From NCBI GenBank assembly GCA_963760795.1, contig CAVXEP010000032.1, forward strand, positions 320,001 to 384,000: 64,000 nt of DNA, written 5' to 3'. This stretch comes from an uncultured delta proteobacterium. GTDB taxonomy: Bacteria; Desulfobacterota; Binatia; UBA9968. Under the pieces are notes generated by a model. It searched no databases and had not been told where the DNA came from. It saw nothing but the letters and a program-made list of their open reading frames with translations. Both the position numbers and the translations under genes were made by a program. Below, piece after piece: positions 1 through 10,823 of this stretch (positions within the stretch are counted from its first letter, which is position 1; the number at the start of each line of letters is the position of its first letter).

Positions 1-123
1 CGGGAGATCGGCCATGATACCCGGGATGCCACTCGCGCAATTGGTGAGGGCGCTCGTGATGCGACTAACGCCACGGCTGAGGAAGTAAAAAAGGTGGTGA
101 AACCGGCGCCGCCGGAATATTGA
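1..123 (+). CDS. 3' end of a small hypothetical protein (truncated by window edge)
   Basis: Frame 1 reads REIGHDTRDATRAIGEGARDATNATAEEVKKVVKPAPPEY then TGA; repetitive helical character. Confidence 0.5.
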   Translation, partial: REIGHDTRDATRAIGEGARDATNATAEEVKKVVKPAPPEY

Positions 124-496
124 GCGTACTTTTATGCAAGGCAGACGGAAGGTTTTGCGGAAAGTCATGAGGATCAAGTTTTGCCTTGTGGCTCACCGTC
201 CAATGAAAATAGCGCGGTGAACCAACGACCGCATCCGTTTCGCTAGTTGCGACTACCTGCGATGATTTGGGCCTGGTCTTAGTTTATTGGTTTTTCTTCC
301 CCACGGTATGAATCTAACCGTACAACCTGCTTAGCCGATTTGGTTTCCGCTAACGGCGATTGCGCTGGTACATTAAACGAAGTCACTTCGCGCGCGTGGC
401 CTTTAACCCCGCCGCCTATTAAAAACATCTGAGAACTCACCGTAGATCCGGTGAACACGATGACTCGAACAATTCGCTGACTTGGCAACTCAGTCA

Positions 497-1372
497 ATGA
501 ACCAAGATTCGCAAACTAACCTGCGCGTCACGGGGGATCACCAATTGGCCGAGGAGTGGGAACTCGTGCTGCTGACTCAGGGGCTGTCACCGATCGTTCG
601 GCGGACACCGGATGGCGTCATTCTCAGCGTGCCGGAAGCAGAGGTAGACAGAGCGTTTGCCAGTCTCTTGGCATACGATCGCGAGAACCCGGGTAAACGA
701 GCGGAGCGAGTCGAGCCAATGGAGTCGGGGAGCCTGGTCGCCGGCGTCGCGGTTGGGGTGACGCTGCTGATATTTTATTCCATCACGGTTCAATGGCTGG
801 CGGCACTGTCTTGGTTTGCGCGCGGTGCCGCCAACGCCGAGCGGATACTTCAAGGTGAGCTTTGGCGGACGGTGACCGCTCTCACGCTCCATGCCGATGT
901 TGCCCACGTATTGAGCAACGGCATCGCTGCTGGGTTATTTCTTGGTGCCGTATTTAGCATGGTGGGTGCAGGGCTCGGTGGCGCTCTCGTCCTGCTGGCC
1001 GGCGCGGGCGGCAATCTTGTCAACGCCTTGCTGCACGGTTCGGCCCATGTCTCGGTCGGCGCCTCCACGGCGGTTTTTGGCGCGGTCGGTTTGCTTGGCA
1101 GCCTCGGGCTGACACGGCGACGCCGTAACGCTTTAAGCAGGTGGCGCGCTTGGCTGCCGGTGGCCGCGGCTCTTGCCCTTCTCGGAATGCTCGGGAGTAG
1201 TGGACAGCGCGTTGATATCTGGGCTCATCTTTTCGGTCTCCTGGTTGGCGCTGTCCTTGGATTACTCATCGGTTTGATTGCGCCGCGTGCGCCCGGATTA
1301 CGTATCCAATGGGCCTGCGGCACCGTGGCAGTCGCCACGGTCATCTACTGCTGGACACTTGCGTTTCGTTGA
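497..1372 (+). CDS. Rhomboid-family intramembrane serine protease
   Basis: WR motif, H..SN, GASTAVFG catalytic Ser, AHLFG catalytic His, multiple TM segments; ATG at 497. Confidence 0.9.
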   Translation: MNQDSQTNLRVTGDHQLAEEWELVLLTQGLSPIVRRTPDGVILSVPEAEVDRAFASLLAYDRENPGKRAERVEPMESGSLVAGVAVGVTLLIFYSITVQWLAALSWFARGAANAERILQGELWRTVTALTLHADVAHVLSNGIAAGLFLGAVFSMVGAGLGGALVLLAGAGGNLVNALLHGSAHVSVGASTAVFGAVGLLGSLGLTRRRRNALSRWRAWLPVAAALALLGMLGSSGQRVDIWAHLFGLLVGAVLGLLIGLIAPRAPGLRIQWACGTVAVATVIYCWTLAFR

Positions 1373-1608
1373 AACGATCAGCCAAGGGATTGGATTTTTA
1401 CCGCTCCGATTGGGAGAGGCCGGAGCTTTTTCTAACGCGCTTGGCCTTGGACTACCTTGCATGGACGTTGGGATTAGCGGACAACGTCGATGTTTTGACG
1501 GTCCTCCAGACGGCGAAATGTTCTCTGCCCGATGACACCCGCCCACGCCGAGCGCGCATAGCCAAAGGGGGGATCCAGAGTCCGATGATTTCTTTAAAGC
1601 GGTCTGGT

Positions 1609-1893
1609 TTACTGGGACTTTGACAGGGTCTGCAGCGCATTGCGCAGTGACTCCGCCCAGTTCTTGAGCGTCGACTCGCTGATCCTACCGTCCGGAGTGT
1701 TGATGCCTACGCCGTCGGTACTGATATCCAACAGAATGGCTTCCAAGTCGGCAACGATCTTGTGGTATTTGGTGTCGGATAACACTTTGTACTGTTCCGG
1801 CACCGACTTAAAGTTCTTCTTCGCCAAACCGTTTTGTTCGCTGCCTGACGGGGTTGCTGACCAGGGGGTTGTCGGGGCCATGTTCAGGGACAT
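1609..1893 (-). CDS. Small hypothetical protein (94 aa)
   Basis: AAGGAG immediately upstream of the first ATG (true start may be the Met 4 codons later); sigma54-like promoter upstream. Confidence 0.65.
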   Translation of the reverse strand: MSLNMAPTTPWSATPSGSEQNGLAKKNFKSVPEQYKVLSDTKYHKIVADLEAILLDISTDGVGINTPDGRISESTLKNWAESLRNALQTLSKSQ

Positions 1894-1942
1894 CTCCTTT
1901 TGCTTTTTGCTAGTCGTTTATCACTGCGCATCGGTATAACTA

Positions 1943-1959
1943 AGCAAGCCGCGCGCCAA
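1943..1959 (-). promoter_or_regulatory. Putative sigma54 (-24/-12) promoter
   Basis: Minus strand TTGGCGCGCGGCTTGCT matches TGGCAC-N5-TTGCW with correct spacing, 50 nt upstream of 1609..1893. Confidence 0.6.
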
Positions 1960-2241
1960 TCTTAGCGTAAACGCCCAAGCGCATGTTTGGCTATCGATAT
2001 TACTAACTCGTGGGGTTACTTTGCGGTAAGTCACTCTAGAGTTTAGGAAAGCGACGTTAACCCGTTCCCATCCTTAGAATTTCTTCAACGTGGGGCCAGC
2101 TTGATGGCTCGCCATGGAGGCCGAGTGTGATCATTGTTGCAGAGCCTAGCGAAAAAGGGGACGTGACATGCAAGATCGGGCAGCGCACCCGCGTTCGTGG
2201 CAGCTTGGCTGTCATTCTCCTAAAAGGGGACGTTCAATAGG

Positions 2242-2598
2242 ATGGCAGATCAAGTGTACACAGCCGTTGCCGCAGAAATGATTCGTTCTGCTTACCCTGG
2301 TTTGCCCTTGGTCGATGCAGCCGCCTATCTCAAAGAGAAAGAAGATTCTCTGGTTGGCGAGGGCGTGCGGACGGTGTCGATTCTAACGATTGAAGGCGCC
2401 GCCGCCAACGAAATAATCAGCTACGCGCAGACGGCGCCGGGCGCAGTGATCGCCATGTCGACCCATGGCCGCTCCGGCATCCAACGCTGGATACTCGGCA
2501 GCGTTACCGAAAAGGTCGTGCGTCACGCCGACGATCCGGTTTTGGTGGTAGAGGTGAATGAAAACGAATGCCGGTTAGGCAAAAGCGAGCGAAACTAG
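2242..2598 (+). CDS. Universal stress protein domain, probably N-terminally truncated
   Basis: IAMSTHGRSGIQRWILGSVTEKVVRHA is the USP signature; only about one domain present. Confidence 0.75.
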   Translation: MADQVYTAVAAEMIRSAYPGLPLVDAAAYLKEKEDSLVGEGVRTVSILTIEGAAANEIISYAQTAPGAVIAMSTHGRSGIQRWILGSVTEKVVRHADDPVLVVEVNENECRLGKSERN

Positions 2599-2705
2599 CG
2601 GCTCCGTCGATCCTGATGCGATGATGTGATTGCTTGCTGACGCGGCAGTGGCTGCTCCGTAGTTGTGATCCACCGTCGGGTGCTTCAAGATAAAACTAAA
2701 AAATT

Positions 2706-2733
2706 AGATCACTTAACTCATATAATGTTAAGT
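2706..2733. other. dif-like 11-6-11 site / AT-rich palindrome
   Basis: AGATCACTTAA-CTCATA-TAATGTTAAGT; right arm 9/11 to XerD arm TTATGTTAAAT; lies between convergent genes. Confidence 0.35.
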
Positions 2734-2781
2734 AAGTGTGTCATTTAGAAACAACCGCCGCTTGATTTTCGTCGCTGCCGT

Positions 2782-3856
2782 CTATTTCTCTCGCGGATCC
2801 TGCAGCTTCTTGTCCGGCGCGTGATAATCACCGGTGCGAATAAGTTTTACCATGTTGGCGAGCGCTAGCGCGGCGTTGCTCACTTCGGCGAATAAGGCCT
2901 TTGTCGAGATCGTCGTGACTGGTGGCGTAGGGTTGGTACCAGCCGACCCAAGTATCGATCAGCGCCGTCGGACCCGCCGGAACCATTTCCATATCGGTGA
3001 GCCAATCGGTCAACATGCGGCGGAGATTTTCCGGGCCGGCGGCGTCGCCATGGGCGATGACCGAGAACGCACCGCCGGCGAGATGCTTGGGATAGCTCCA
3101 GCCTTTGAGCTCAAGCTGTTTTGCCAATCGCGGATTTTTTCCTTTCGTGGTCGTCGGATCGGGATTACCGCCGTCGGCGCACACGAGCCTATCGATCATC
3201 AGCTTCAAACTCGCCGGAGCCTGATACCAATGCACCGGACAGAGGATCATCACACCGTGGGCGGCCGCCCAGCGCGGATAAATTTCGTTCATCCAGTCAT
3301 TGACCTGACCCATGGCGTGGTTGGGATAACAGGAGCAGGGCCAATGGCAGAGCGGCTGCGCCGTCGACACGCACGCCTTGCACGGGAAAATAGTTTTGTA
3401 GGGCTCGTCGGCGAGGGTCGAAATATCGAGAAAGTCGACCTCGAAGCCGCGCAGGGATTCAATGGTTTTTTGCGCTTGCTGCGCCAAGCGGCGGGTTTTG
3501 GAAATTTCACCTGGACAGGTGTGTTCGCTGCGGGTCGAGCCGTTGACGATCAATACCCGCGACGCCGATTTCCGATCTCTATGGCGTTTCTCGGCTGCGT
3601 GAATCTTGACGCGGGTGTCAAGCCATTCAATCGGCAGCTCGAATTTAGGATCGGCAAAGCCTTTACCCGCGGGTTGCTTGCGCGGTGACTTACGGTAGCC
3701 AATGTAGCCGTCCCAAGCTTTCTCGAAAACCTTCTCCAGTTCTGGCTTTACTTCGTCGAAGGCCGGGTCGTAGAAGCGCGCCAAGAAGCGCTCGCGAAAC
3801 TGCGCTTTGGTCAATGGCACATACTTGATCTGACGGCGCACGGTCGGTTTAGCCAC
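2782..3856 (-). CDS. Flavodoxin-like / NADPH-dependent FMN reductase family (iron-sulfur flavoprotein-like); frameshift near 2900
   Basis: VLIVNGSTR, CKACVS..LCHWPCSC Cys cluster, PVHWYQAPASLKLMIDRL; C-terminus continues in another frame to ...LQDPREK* at 2782. Confidence 0.85.
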
Positions 3857-4003
3857 GGTTTTCCTCCGTTAGTAAGATTAATTGCCAGTTCGCGCGCTTG
3901 GGTTGAAACGATTGCCGGTCGCGGCGGTTGGCAAATAACCTAAGCCGAGCAGAAGCCCGCGCATGAATGGGAGATTAATTTAGCATCGAGATGACACCAT
4001 TCT

Positions 4004-4552
4004 TTAGCGAACGCTGGCGGGATTCTTGGCCTCCTGCGGAAACCAGCCGCCAAGCCGGTGATAGGCCTTCAAATAGCTGATTTGGCCTTGATTGGTCATG
4101 GCATTCTCCAGCACGCTGACAAGGCGTACGGCGACTGTCGGCAGCGGTTGAAACCGGGGCTCGTCGAGCTGCCGCGCTAGCTCTTCGGGGGATAACGTTT
4201 CTAGGTACGACTTCATTTGCGCGTAAGCCGCATCGTGATACGCCAGTAGCAGTTCCGCTGAGGCGCGAAAGACTCGCACTTGCTCGCGTGTGTGGGTGGC
4301 TGATCGGCCAAAATCGGCGGGCAAAGGCGGCATGCCGAATCGAGCGGCCCAACCATCGCCGATCCAAAGTTGCTCGCGGCCGGAAAGCCGCGACACGTTG
4401 CTGTCCATGACGCGGCTAATCCGCCAGGCAAGCCAGCCGATGGGCGGTTGCGGCTCTTGAACTAGTTCCGCTTCGGTGAGATCGGCCAAGGTGCGGTGCA
4501 GCGATTCGTAAACCCGTGTGAAGGCGTCCAGTAAAACATCAGATTCCGCCAT
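4004..4552 (-). CDS. DinB superfamily protein
   Basis: IGWLAW..SR..D and TVAVRLVSV...GQISYLK pattern typical of DinB_2/mycothiol-transferase-like proteins. Confidence 0.8.
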   Translation of the reverse strand: MAESDVLLDAFTRVYESLHRTLADLTEAELVQEPQPPIGWLAWRISRVMDSNVSRLSGREQLWIGDGWAARFGMPPLPADFGRSATHTREQVRVFRASAELLLAYHDAAYAQMKSYLETLSPEELARQLDEPRFQPLPTVAVRLVSVLENAMTNQGQISYLKAYHRLGGWFPQEAKNPASVR

Positions 4553-4629
4553 GGCAAGTCACCTTTCCGCTAAAAAGCTTCCGCCTGATGGTCCGTCGGA
4601 TCAGATCATCACCGGAGGGACAGGCAGGG

Positions 4630-6260
4630 TTACTGCATGAGTTGATCGATCACGATATCCGCGTTCTTCACGCCCACCTCCGCGGGATTTTTCTTGTACT
4701 CTCCGGTCATGTCGCCGGCGCCGCGGCTGGTCGGGTTGCCGTCCTTGTCTAAACGGACGGTGAGGTTGATCTTGCCGGTGAACGGCGTGCCTTGCATCAT
4801 GACGTTTTCTTGGCTGAGGGAGTATTGCAGTGGGAACGTTGGCTTGTCGATTTTCTTGACGGCTAGCGGTGGGCCGCCGGGGCTGCCGGCGGGTCTGGCG
4901 ATGATAAAAAGCGCGGCTTGGGGATCGATCTTATCTTTTAGCTTTGCATCGACGGTGATTGTGCCGGAGATGGTTTGGCCCGACCCCGACGGTTGCAGCT
5001 GGCGGTGTCGTTTTCGGCGCAGCGCCGGCGGCTGGGATTTCGGCGAGCACCTTGGTGATTTCGTTTCGTTCTTCGCCGGGGGCACGAGTTGTCAAGAGTC
5101 GCTCAAAAATTTCTCGAGCGCCGGCGAAATCTTTTTTGTCCTGGTACAGCACCATGCCTTTGCCCCACAACGCCATGGGAAAGTTGGGCGCGCGCGCAAG
5201 GGCTTTATCGAAAGCCATGAGCGCGCCGTCGCCATGGCCAGCCTGCATGAGAATGAAACCCATGTAGCTATGCGCCTCGGGATGAGCCGGATCGGCACCG
5301 AGGACTTTCTTGAAAGCCTCGATGGCCTTGGGAAATTCCTGGCGTTGAAATGCTTGTTTGCCTTCGGCCATGGCTGCGCCTGCCGCACCACTCATGGGCG
5401 TCGTGCCGGTCATGAAATCACCGGTCATGGTGTCGCCTTCGCCCTGGCGCGGGCGGATCGATTGGGTCAGCATGACGCCAAGGGTGAGACCGAAGAGCAG
5501 GAGAAACACGCCGCCGCCGATCAGTTGCCAGCGCTTGAAACGGCTTTGCCCAACCGTGTCTTTCTGCGCCTTAGCCCTCATGTCTGGCGGCTTTACTTTC
5601 GGCGCCGGGGGCAGGAGGCTTAGTTGTTGCAGCACACTGACACCTTTGCTTTCAATCTCTTGTCGCAGTTGCGTGTAATCGGCCTGCGACAATTTGCCGG
5701 ATTGAAAATCGAACTCCAACTCGTTCAGTTCGTCGCGCACATGGCCGCGCCCGCGCAGCAGTTGGGCGCGCTCGGTCTCGTCTTCGATATCCGGCAACTG
5801 GAATTCTTGCCGCAGCGAGTCACGCTGTGCTTTGGTTCGCGGCCACGCTTTCGCGGGTTGGAACTTCGGCGGGTGGTTTTTTTTTCGTCCAGCGGCGAAT
5901 GAACCACAGCGCGGCAATAATACCGCAAACGAGTACGACGTAGGGCAATATCCACAGCAGCGCGCTGACGCCGGTGGTTTTGGGTCTGAGCAAGACCCAA
6001 TCGCCGTATTTGGAGACGAAGAATTCTTTGATCTGCTCGGTGCTCTTGCCCGCTTGGACTTGCTCGCGGACGATGGCGCGCATCTGCTGGGCCATCTCCG
6101 ACGGCGAGTCGGCGACGGAAAGATTTTGACAGACGACGCAGCGCAGTTCGGTTGAGATCTCCCGGGTGCGGTCTTCGATCTCGTCGTTGGACGCCGCATG
6201 GAGCGGTTGGAGGAACACGACCCAGAACAGACAAATGAGCAACAACTTAAGATAGCGCAT
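4630..6260 (-). CDS. ccmH: Cytochrome c biogenesis CcmH fused to CcmI (TPR + Ig-like); two frameshifts
   Basis: LRCVVCQN motif, then ELEFDFQSGKLS..Y, TPR repeats, and LFIIAR..GGPPLAVKK..FPL C-terminal domain across three overlapping ORFs. Confidence 0.85.
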
Positions 6261-6265
6261 CGTCG

Positions 6266-6844
6266 TCAGCGCGCTCCCTGATAATCGCCGCGGCCCTCCT
6301 GGGCGCTGGCGATGCCTTTGGCCGCTTCGTCGAGTTTGGTCAACACCAGCGCGGCGCGGATGGCGCCGACATGCTTATAGGTAATGCGACCCTGCGGGTC
6401 GATGAAAAAACTTTCCGGGATGCCCCAGGTGCCGTAGTCGACGGCGATCTTGCCGGACTCGTCACGGCCGTTGGGATAGGTGACATTGAATTCTTGCAAA
6501 AAGGCTTTGGCGTTGTCGTCGAGATCCTGCAAGGCGACGCCGAGAAACACCATGTTCTTGTCTTTGACCCTTTGCCAGGCCGCTTCGAGATCACGGGCTT
6601 CGGCGCGGCAGGGCGCACACCACGACGCCCAGAAATTTAGAAACAGCGCCTTGCCGCGGTAATCTTCCAGCGTAACCTTCCTGCCGTCATAAAGGGTGAC
6701 CGAGAACGGCGTCGCCGGTTTGGCCAGCAGCGGCGACTTGATGTACTTGGCGTCGCGGGTAAAGCCGAACGCCAACAGCGCCAAGATTGGCGCGATGATG
6801 GCGACTGTGATGATTAAGCGACGTACGGGCATGGGCAATTCCAA
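6266..6844 (-). CDS. ccmG: Thiol:disulfide oxidoreductase CcmG/TlpA
   Basis: N-terminal TM, NFWASWCAPC, YGTWGIPESFFID; position in ccm operon. Confidence 0.9.
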   Translation of the reverse strand: MELPMPVRRLIITVAIIAPILALLAFGFTRDAKYIKSPLLAKPATPFSVTLYDGRKVTLEDYRGKALFLNFWASWCAPCRAEARDLEAAWQRVKDKNMVFLGVALQDLDDNAKAFLQEFNVTYPNGRDESGKIAVDYGTWGIPESFFIDPQGRITYKHVGAIRAALVLTKLDEAAKGIASAQEGRGDYQGAR

Positions 6845-6887
6845 ATTGCAAATTCAAAATTACAGACAAACTGTGGGGCGGGCATGG

Positions 6888-8853
6888 TCAGTCTTCTTGC
6901 AGTTTGGCTTTTCCCATGGGGATCAGGCAGATGATCGTGCCAAAGGCGATGACGAAACCGCCGATCCACATCCAGATCACCAGCGGGCGAACCAGGACTT
7001 TGAGCGTGGCTTGGTTGCGGTTCACTTCACTGAAGCCGGAGAGGATCAAATAAATATCTTCGCTCAAGCTGCTCTGATGGACGGCGCGGCCGATGGGGGA
7101 CTGCTGGGTTGGAAAGAATTTTAGCGCCGGGGTAACGATGCCTTCGTCGCTGCCATTGTGAAACACGCGAAAGGCTCCTTCGACGCGGAAATGCGTCGGC
7201 TGCTGCGAGCCCTTGAGCCCTTCGAATTGCACCTTGTAGTTGCCGATATCGAGGGATTGTCCGACCGCGAGCGTAGCGTCTTTTTCACTGCTGTAGGTCA
7301 TCGAGCCGGCGATGCCCATCATGATCAAGACCACGCCGAGATGGACCACCAGGCCGCCGTAGCGCCGTTGGTTGCGCCGCGTCAGGGTAATCAGGCCGCG
7401 CAGGATACCTTCGCCGGCGATGCGCTTGCGTGCGCGCAGCGCGAGGGCGGTGTCATAAAGGATCGAGGACACGACGAAGGCGAGTAGGGTAAAGCCCAAA
7501 AGCGGCAGAAAGTCTTTCACCTTCCAAACAAATAACAACAAACCGAAGGCTAGCGAGCGTAGCGGCGGGCCAGAGAAAGTTCCGTCTGTAGATTATCCCA
7601 TGAGGCGCGCCGCCAAGCGATCATCGGTCCGACCCCCATGAGAAATACTAGGACGAGAAACAACGGCACCGTGACCGAGTTGAAATAGGGCGCGCCGACG
7701 CTCACCTGAGTGCCGGCGACGGCTTCGGAGATCAGCGGAAAGATCGTGCCGAGAAAGATCGTGAACAGCGCCGACACCAATACGATGTTGTTGAGCAAGA
7801 AGGCCGACTCACGGCTGACCATGGAATCGAGCTCGGGCTGTTCTTTCAATAGATCGGCGCGGTAAGCGAGCAGGCCGAAGGAGCCTAATAAAATAAACGC
7901 CAGAAAATCCAAGAAAGAAACCGCCCACCGGGCCCGATGAAAAAGCATGGATCGATGAAATGATTCCCGAGCGGGTGAGAAATGTGCCGAAGATGGTCAG
8001 GCTGAAGGCGACGATGATCAGCGCCAGATTCCACACTTTGAGCATGCGCCGGCGCTCTTGAACTTGGATCGAATGCAAAAAGGCGGTGGCCGGCAGCCAG
8101 GGCATGAAGGCGGCGTTCTCCACTGGGTCCCAGGCCCAATAACCGCCCCAGCCGAGCACATGGTAGGACCACCAGGCGCCGACGAGATTTCCCGCCGTCA
8201 AAAAAAACCACGCGGTGATCGTCCAGCGACGGGTGCTGACCATCCAGGCATCATCCAACTTGCCGACGATCAACGCCGCCATGGCAAAGGCAAAGGGTAC
8301 CGTGAGACCGACGAACCCGGTGTAGAGCAGCGGCGGGTGGGTCATCATGTTGGCGTCTTCGAGGAGCGGGTTCAAGACCGCGGCCGTCGAGCGGGATCGG
8401 AAATACGGTTTCAAAGGGATTGGACAAGAAACCGATGACGCCAAGAAAGAACGCCGAGACGATGGAAAAGATCATGATCACCCAGGGCATCATCTCATGG
8501 TGGCGCTGGCGGTAGACCCAAGCGACGATGCCGGCGAAGATGATCAGTATCCATTCCCAGAGCAAGAGCGAGCCTTCAAGCGCGCCCCACAGTCCGGTGA
8601 CGCGATAGTAGACCGGCGTCGCACGGGTGGTGTTGAAGGCGACGTACTTGATCGAGAAGTCGGTGGCGATCAGACCATAGATCAGGGCGACAGCGGCTAC
8701 TGTGACGAAAACAAATTGGCCCAAGATCGCGTAGCCCGCCACCATGCGAAAGCGATCTCCCGCCGAGCGCGCGGCAACGATCGGACTCATGATCCCAATC
8801 AGCGCCGCGACGAAAGCGATGAGGATCGAGCTATGACCGATGCTCGCGGTCAC
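6888..8853 (-). CDS. ccmF: Heme lyase CcmF (several frameshifts)
   Basis: WGALEGSLLLW, HPPLLY, WGGYWAWDPVEN, SIHAF, YGGLVVHLG spread over four ORFs; GTG start at 8853. Confidence 0.92.
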
Positions 8854-9294
8854 TTGGCGCCGGTTTCCTGGGCGGGAATAAAACTTTTGTTGGCGGTGCT
8901 TGCCGTCGGCGTGGGGACTATAGTCTTCGGCATGCTTGGCCATGATCGTGGTGGCGTGGAACACGCCGTCGCTTTCGACCCGGCCTTCGACCACGGCGCC
9001 TTTGCCTTCAACGAACAGATCCGGCGGCACGCCTTTGAAATAGACCGGGAAGCTGGCGCCGCCGTCGGTGATTTGGAATTTGTAGGTGAGATTTTGCAAA
9101 TCTTTTTCCATTGAGCCTTTGACCACCATGCCGCCCATGCGCACGAACTTGCCCTTCAGCGCGCTTTCTTCGGCGCGCAGTTCCGACGGCATCTTGAAAT
9201 AAACCAGCGCCTGCTGCATGCCACCGTAGATGATGTAGGCGAGCGCGGCGAGTATGATGACACCGCCGATTAAAAATCTTTTACCCTTTGTCAT
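8850..9294 (-). CDS. ccmE: Heme chaperone CcmE
   Basis: VRMGGMVVKGS, PDLFVEGKGAVVEG, AKHAEDY (HxxxY); a late frameshift makes the ORF run into ccmF. Confidence 0.92.
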
Positions 9295-9436
9295 GGCTAT
9301 TCACTGCCTCCGAGGACTTTAACCGGTTGAGCTCCGCTTCGGCCTGACGATAACGGCGCTTCAATAGGAACCAATACAGGACGATGACGCCACAAACAAT
9401 TCCATACGCCAATGAAACAAATCCCCAGGGTCCCAT
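9281..9436 (-). CDS. ccmD: Heme exporter protein CcmD (51 aa, not in the ORF track)
   Basis: Reads MGPWGFVSLAYGIVCGVIVLYWFLLKRRYRQAEAELNRLK...; TM plus basic tail between ccmC and ccmE. Confidence 0.85.
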   Translation of the reverse strand: MGPWGFVSLAYGIVCGVIVLYWFLLKRRYRQAEAELNRLKSSEAVNSHDKG

Positions 9437-10143
9437 CAAGCACCTCGCTCCAGGCGCAACGCTTTGATCTCATGGCGCATCTCGCCGACCCGATAGCGTA
9501 GCGACAGCAGGTAGAAATAGAGCAGGAGGAAGCCGACAAAACTGATGGCCAGGGCGGTCAGCATGGCGGGATGGACGTTTTCCCAAGGCTTTTTGTCAGG
9601 CCGCAGGATCGACGGTGGCTGATGCAGCGTGCGCCACCAGTAGACCGACATGTGGATCAGCGGGATGTCGAGGAAACCGATAATGCCCAAAATCGCCGCC
9701 GCCGAGGCGGCGCGCTGCTCATCGTCGATCAACGAACGGAGCATCAAATAACCAGCGTAAATCAGCAGCAGGATTGCCGTCAAAGTGAGCCGGGCATCCC
9801 ATGTCCACCAGACACCCCAGGTCGGTTTGCCCCAGATCGAGCCTTCGACGATGGTGAGGGCGGTAAACAGAACGCCTAATTCGGCGGCGGCGTGGGCGAG
9901 CAGGTCGTCTTTCTTCTCGCGCTTCCACAGATACATGCCGCTACCGATGAAGACGAGAAAATAGGAAAGATAGGCGGTCAAAATGCTCGGCAGGTGGAGG
10001 TACATGATGCGCTGCACTTCGCCCTGATAGGCGTCGGGCGGTGCTATGAACAAACTCCAGCAAAGTCCGGCTATGATGGCTAGCAATGCTACGCCGCCGA
10101 GGATGCCTTTGCGTTTCTTTACCGCCGCCGTGGACTGCGCCAT
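9436..10143 (-). CDS. ccmC: Heme exporter CcmC
   Basis: RIMYLHLP, WGKPTWGVWWTWDARLT, WWRTLHQ. Confidence 0.95.
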   Translation of the reverse strand: MAQSTAAVKKRKGILGGVALLAIIAGLCWSLFIAPPDAYQGEVQRIMYLHLPSILTAYLSYFLVFIGSGMYLWKREKKDDLLAHAAAELGVLFTALTIVEGSIWGKPTWGVWWTWDARLTLTAILLLIYAGYLMLRSLIDDEQRAASAAAILGIIGFLDIPLIHMSVYWWRTLHQPPSILRPDKKPWENVHPAMLTALAISFVGFLLLYFYLLSLRYRVGEMRHEIKALRLERGA

Positions 10144-10145
10144 GA

Positions 10146-10823
10146 TTAGCTTTCGATCACCCAATCGAAGATCAAAATCCCGATGGTCAAAAAAATGACA
10201 TCGAAGCCGATGAGCAGCCGCAGCCATGGCATGGCTTCCATCATGCCGCCAGTTCTCATGATGCTTTCCATGCAACGAATGGTGGCGAGGATTACCGGAA
10301 TCATCAAGGGAAACAAGACCAGGGGCAAAAGCAGTTCGCGCGCCCGGGCGCGCAACGTGATCGCGGCCGTAATCGTGCCTAAAACGCAAAAGCCCACGGT
10401 GCCCAGTAAAGTTACCAAAAAGAGTTGCGGTAGCAAGTTCCAGGCGGACAAGTTGAACAAGACCCAGAACAGCGGGAGGACCACCAGTTCGACGACAAAC
10501 ATCAGGACGAAATTAAAACCGGTCTTGGCCAAAAACAACGCGCCGCGGTCGAGCGGCGACAACAGCAATGCGTCCAAGCAATGATTGTCTCGTTCGGCTT
10601 GAAACAGCTGCGCTAAGCCCAAAGTTCCGGTAAACAAAAATGCCAACCAGAGAAGCGCCGGCGCCAGCTCGGCAATCTTGTCCGGCGGCAAATCGAAGGC
10701 GAAGTGAAAGACGAACAAGAGCAGCGTGCCGAAAAAAAACATCGTCAACAGGCTATCGCGCCGGCGCAGCTCGATCAGCAAATCTTTCGACAACAGCAAG
10801 TAGGTCTGTCTGAGCAGGGTCAT
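10146..10823 (-). CDS. ccmB: Heme exporter CcmB
   Basis: KDLLIELRR, F.AE.DN..LD.LLL, RELLLPLVLFPL.IP. Confidence 0.95.
   Translation of the reverse strand: MTLLRQTYLLLSKDLLIELRRRDSLLTMFFFGTLLLFVFHFAFDLPPDKIAELAPALLWLAFLFTGTLGLAQLFQAERDNHCLDALLLSPLDRGALFLAKTGFNFVLMFVVELVVLPLFWVLFNLSAWNLLPQLFLVTLLGTVGFCVLGTITAAITLRARARELLLPLVLFPLMIPVILATIRCMESIMRTGGMMEAMPWLRLLIGFDVIFLTIGILIFDWVIES

Noticed and set aside
2153-2233. 12-bp direct repeat AAAAGGGGACGT upstream of the USP fragment
   Set aside because: Only two copies with no element features between them; cannot distinguish from chance or an old scar.
8251-9294. Apparent CcmE-CcmF fusion ORF (347 aa)
   Set aside because: A GTGA start/stop overlap at 8850-8853 marks the normal boundary; the read-through arises from a frameshift after the HxxxY motif.
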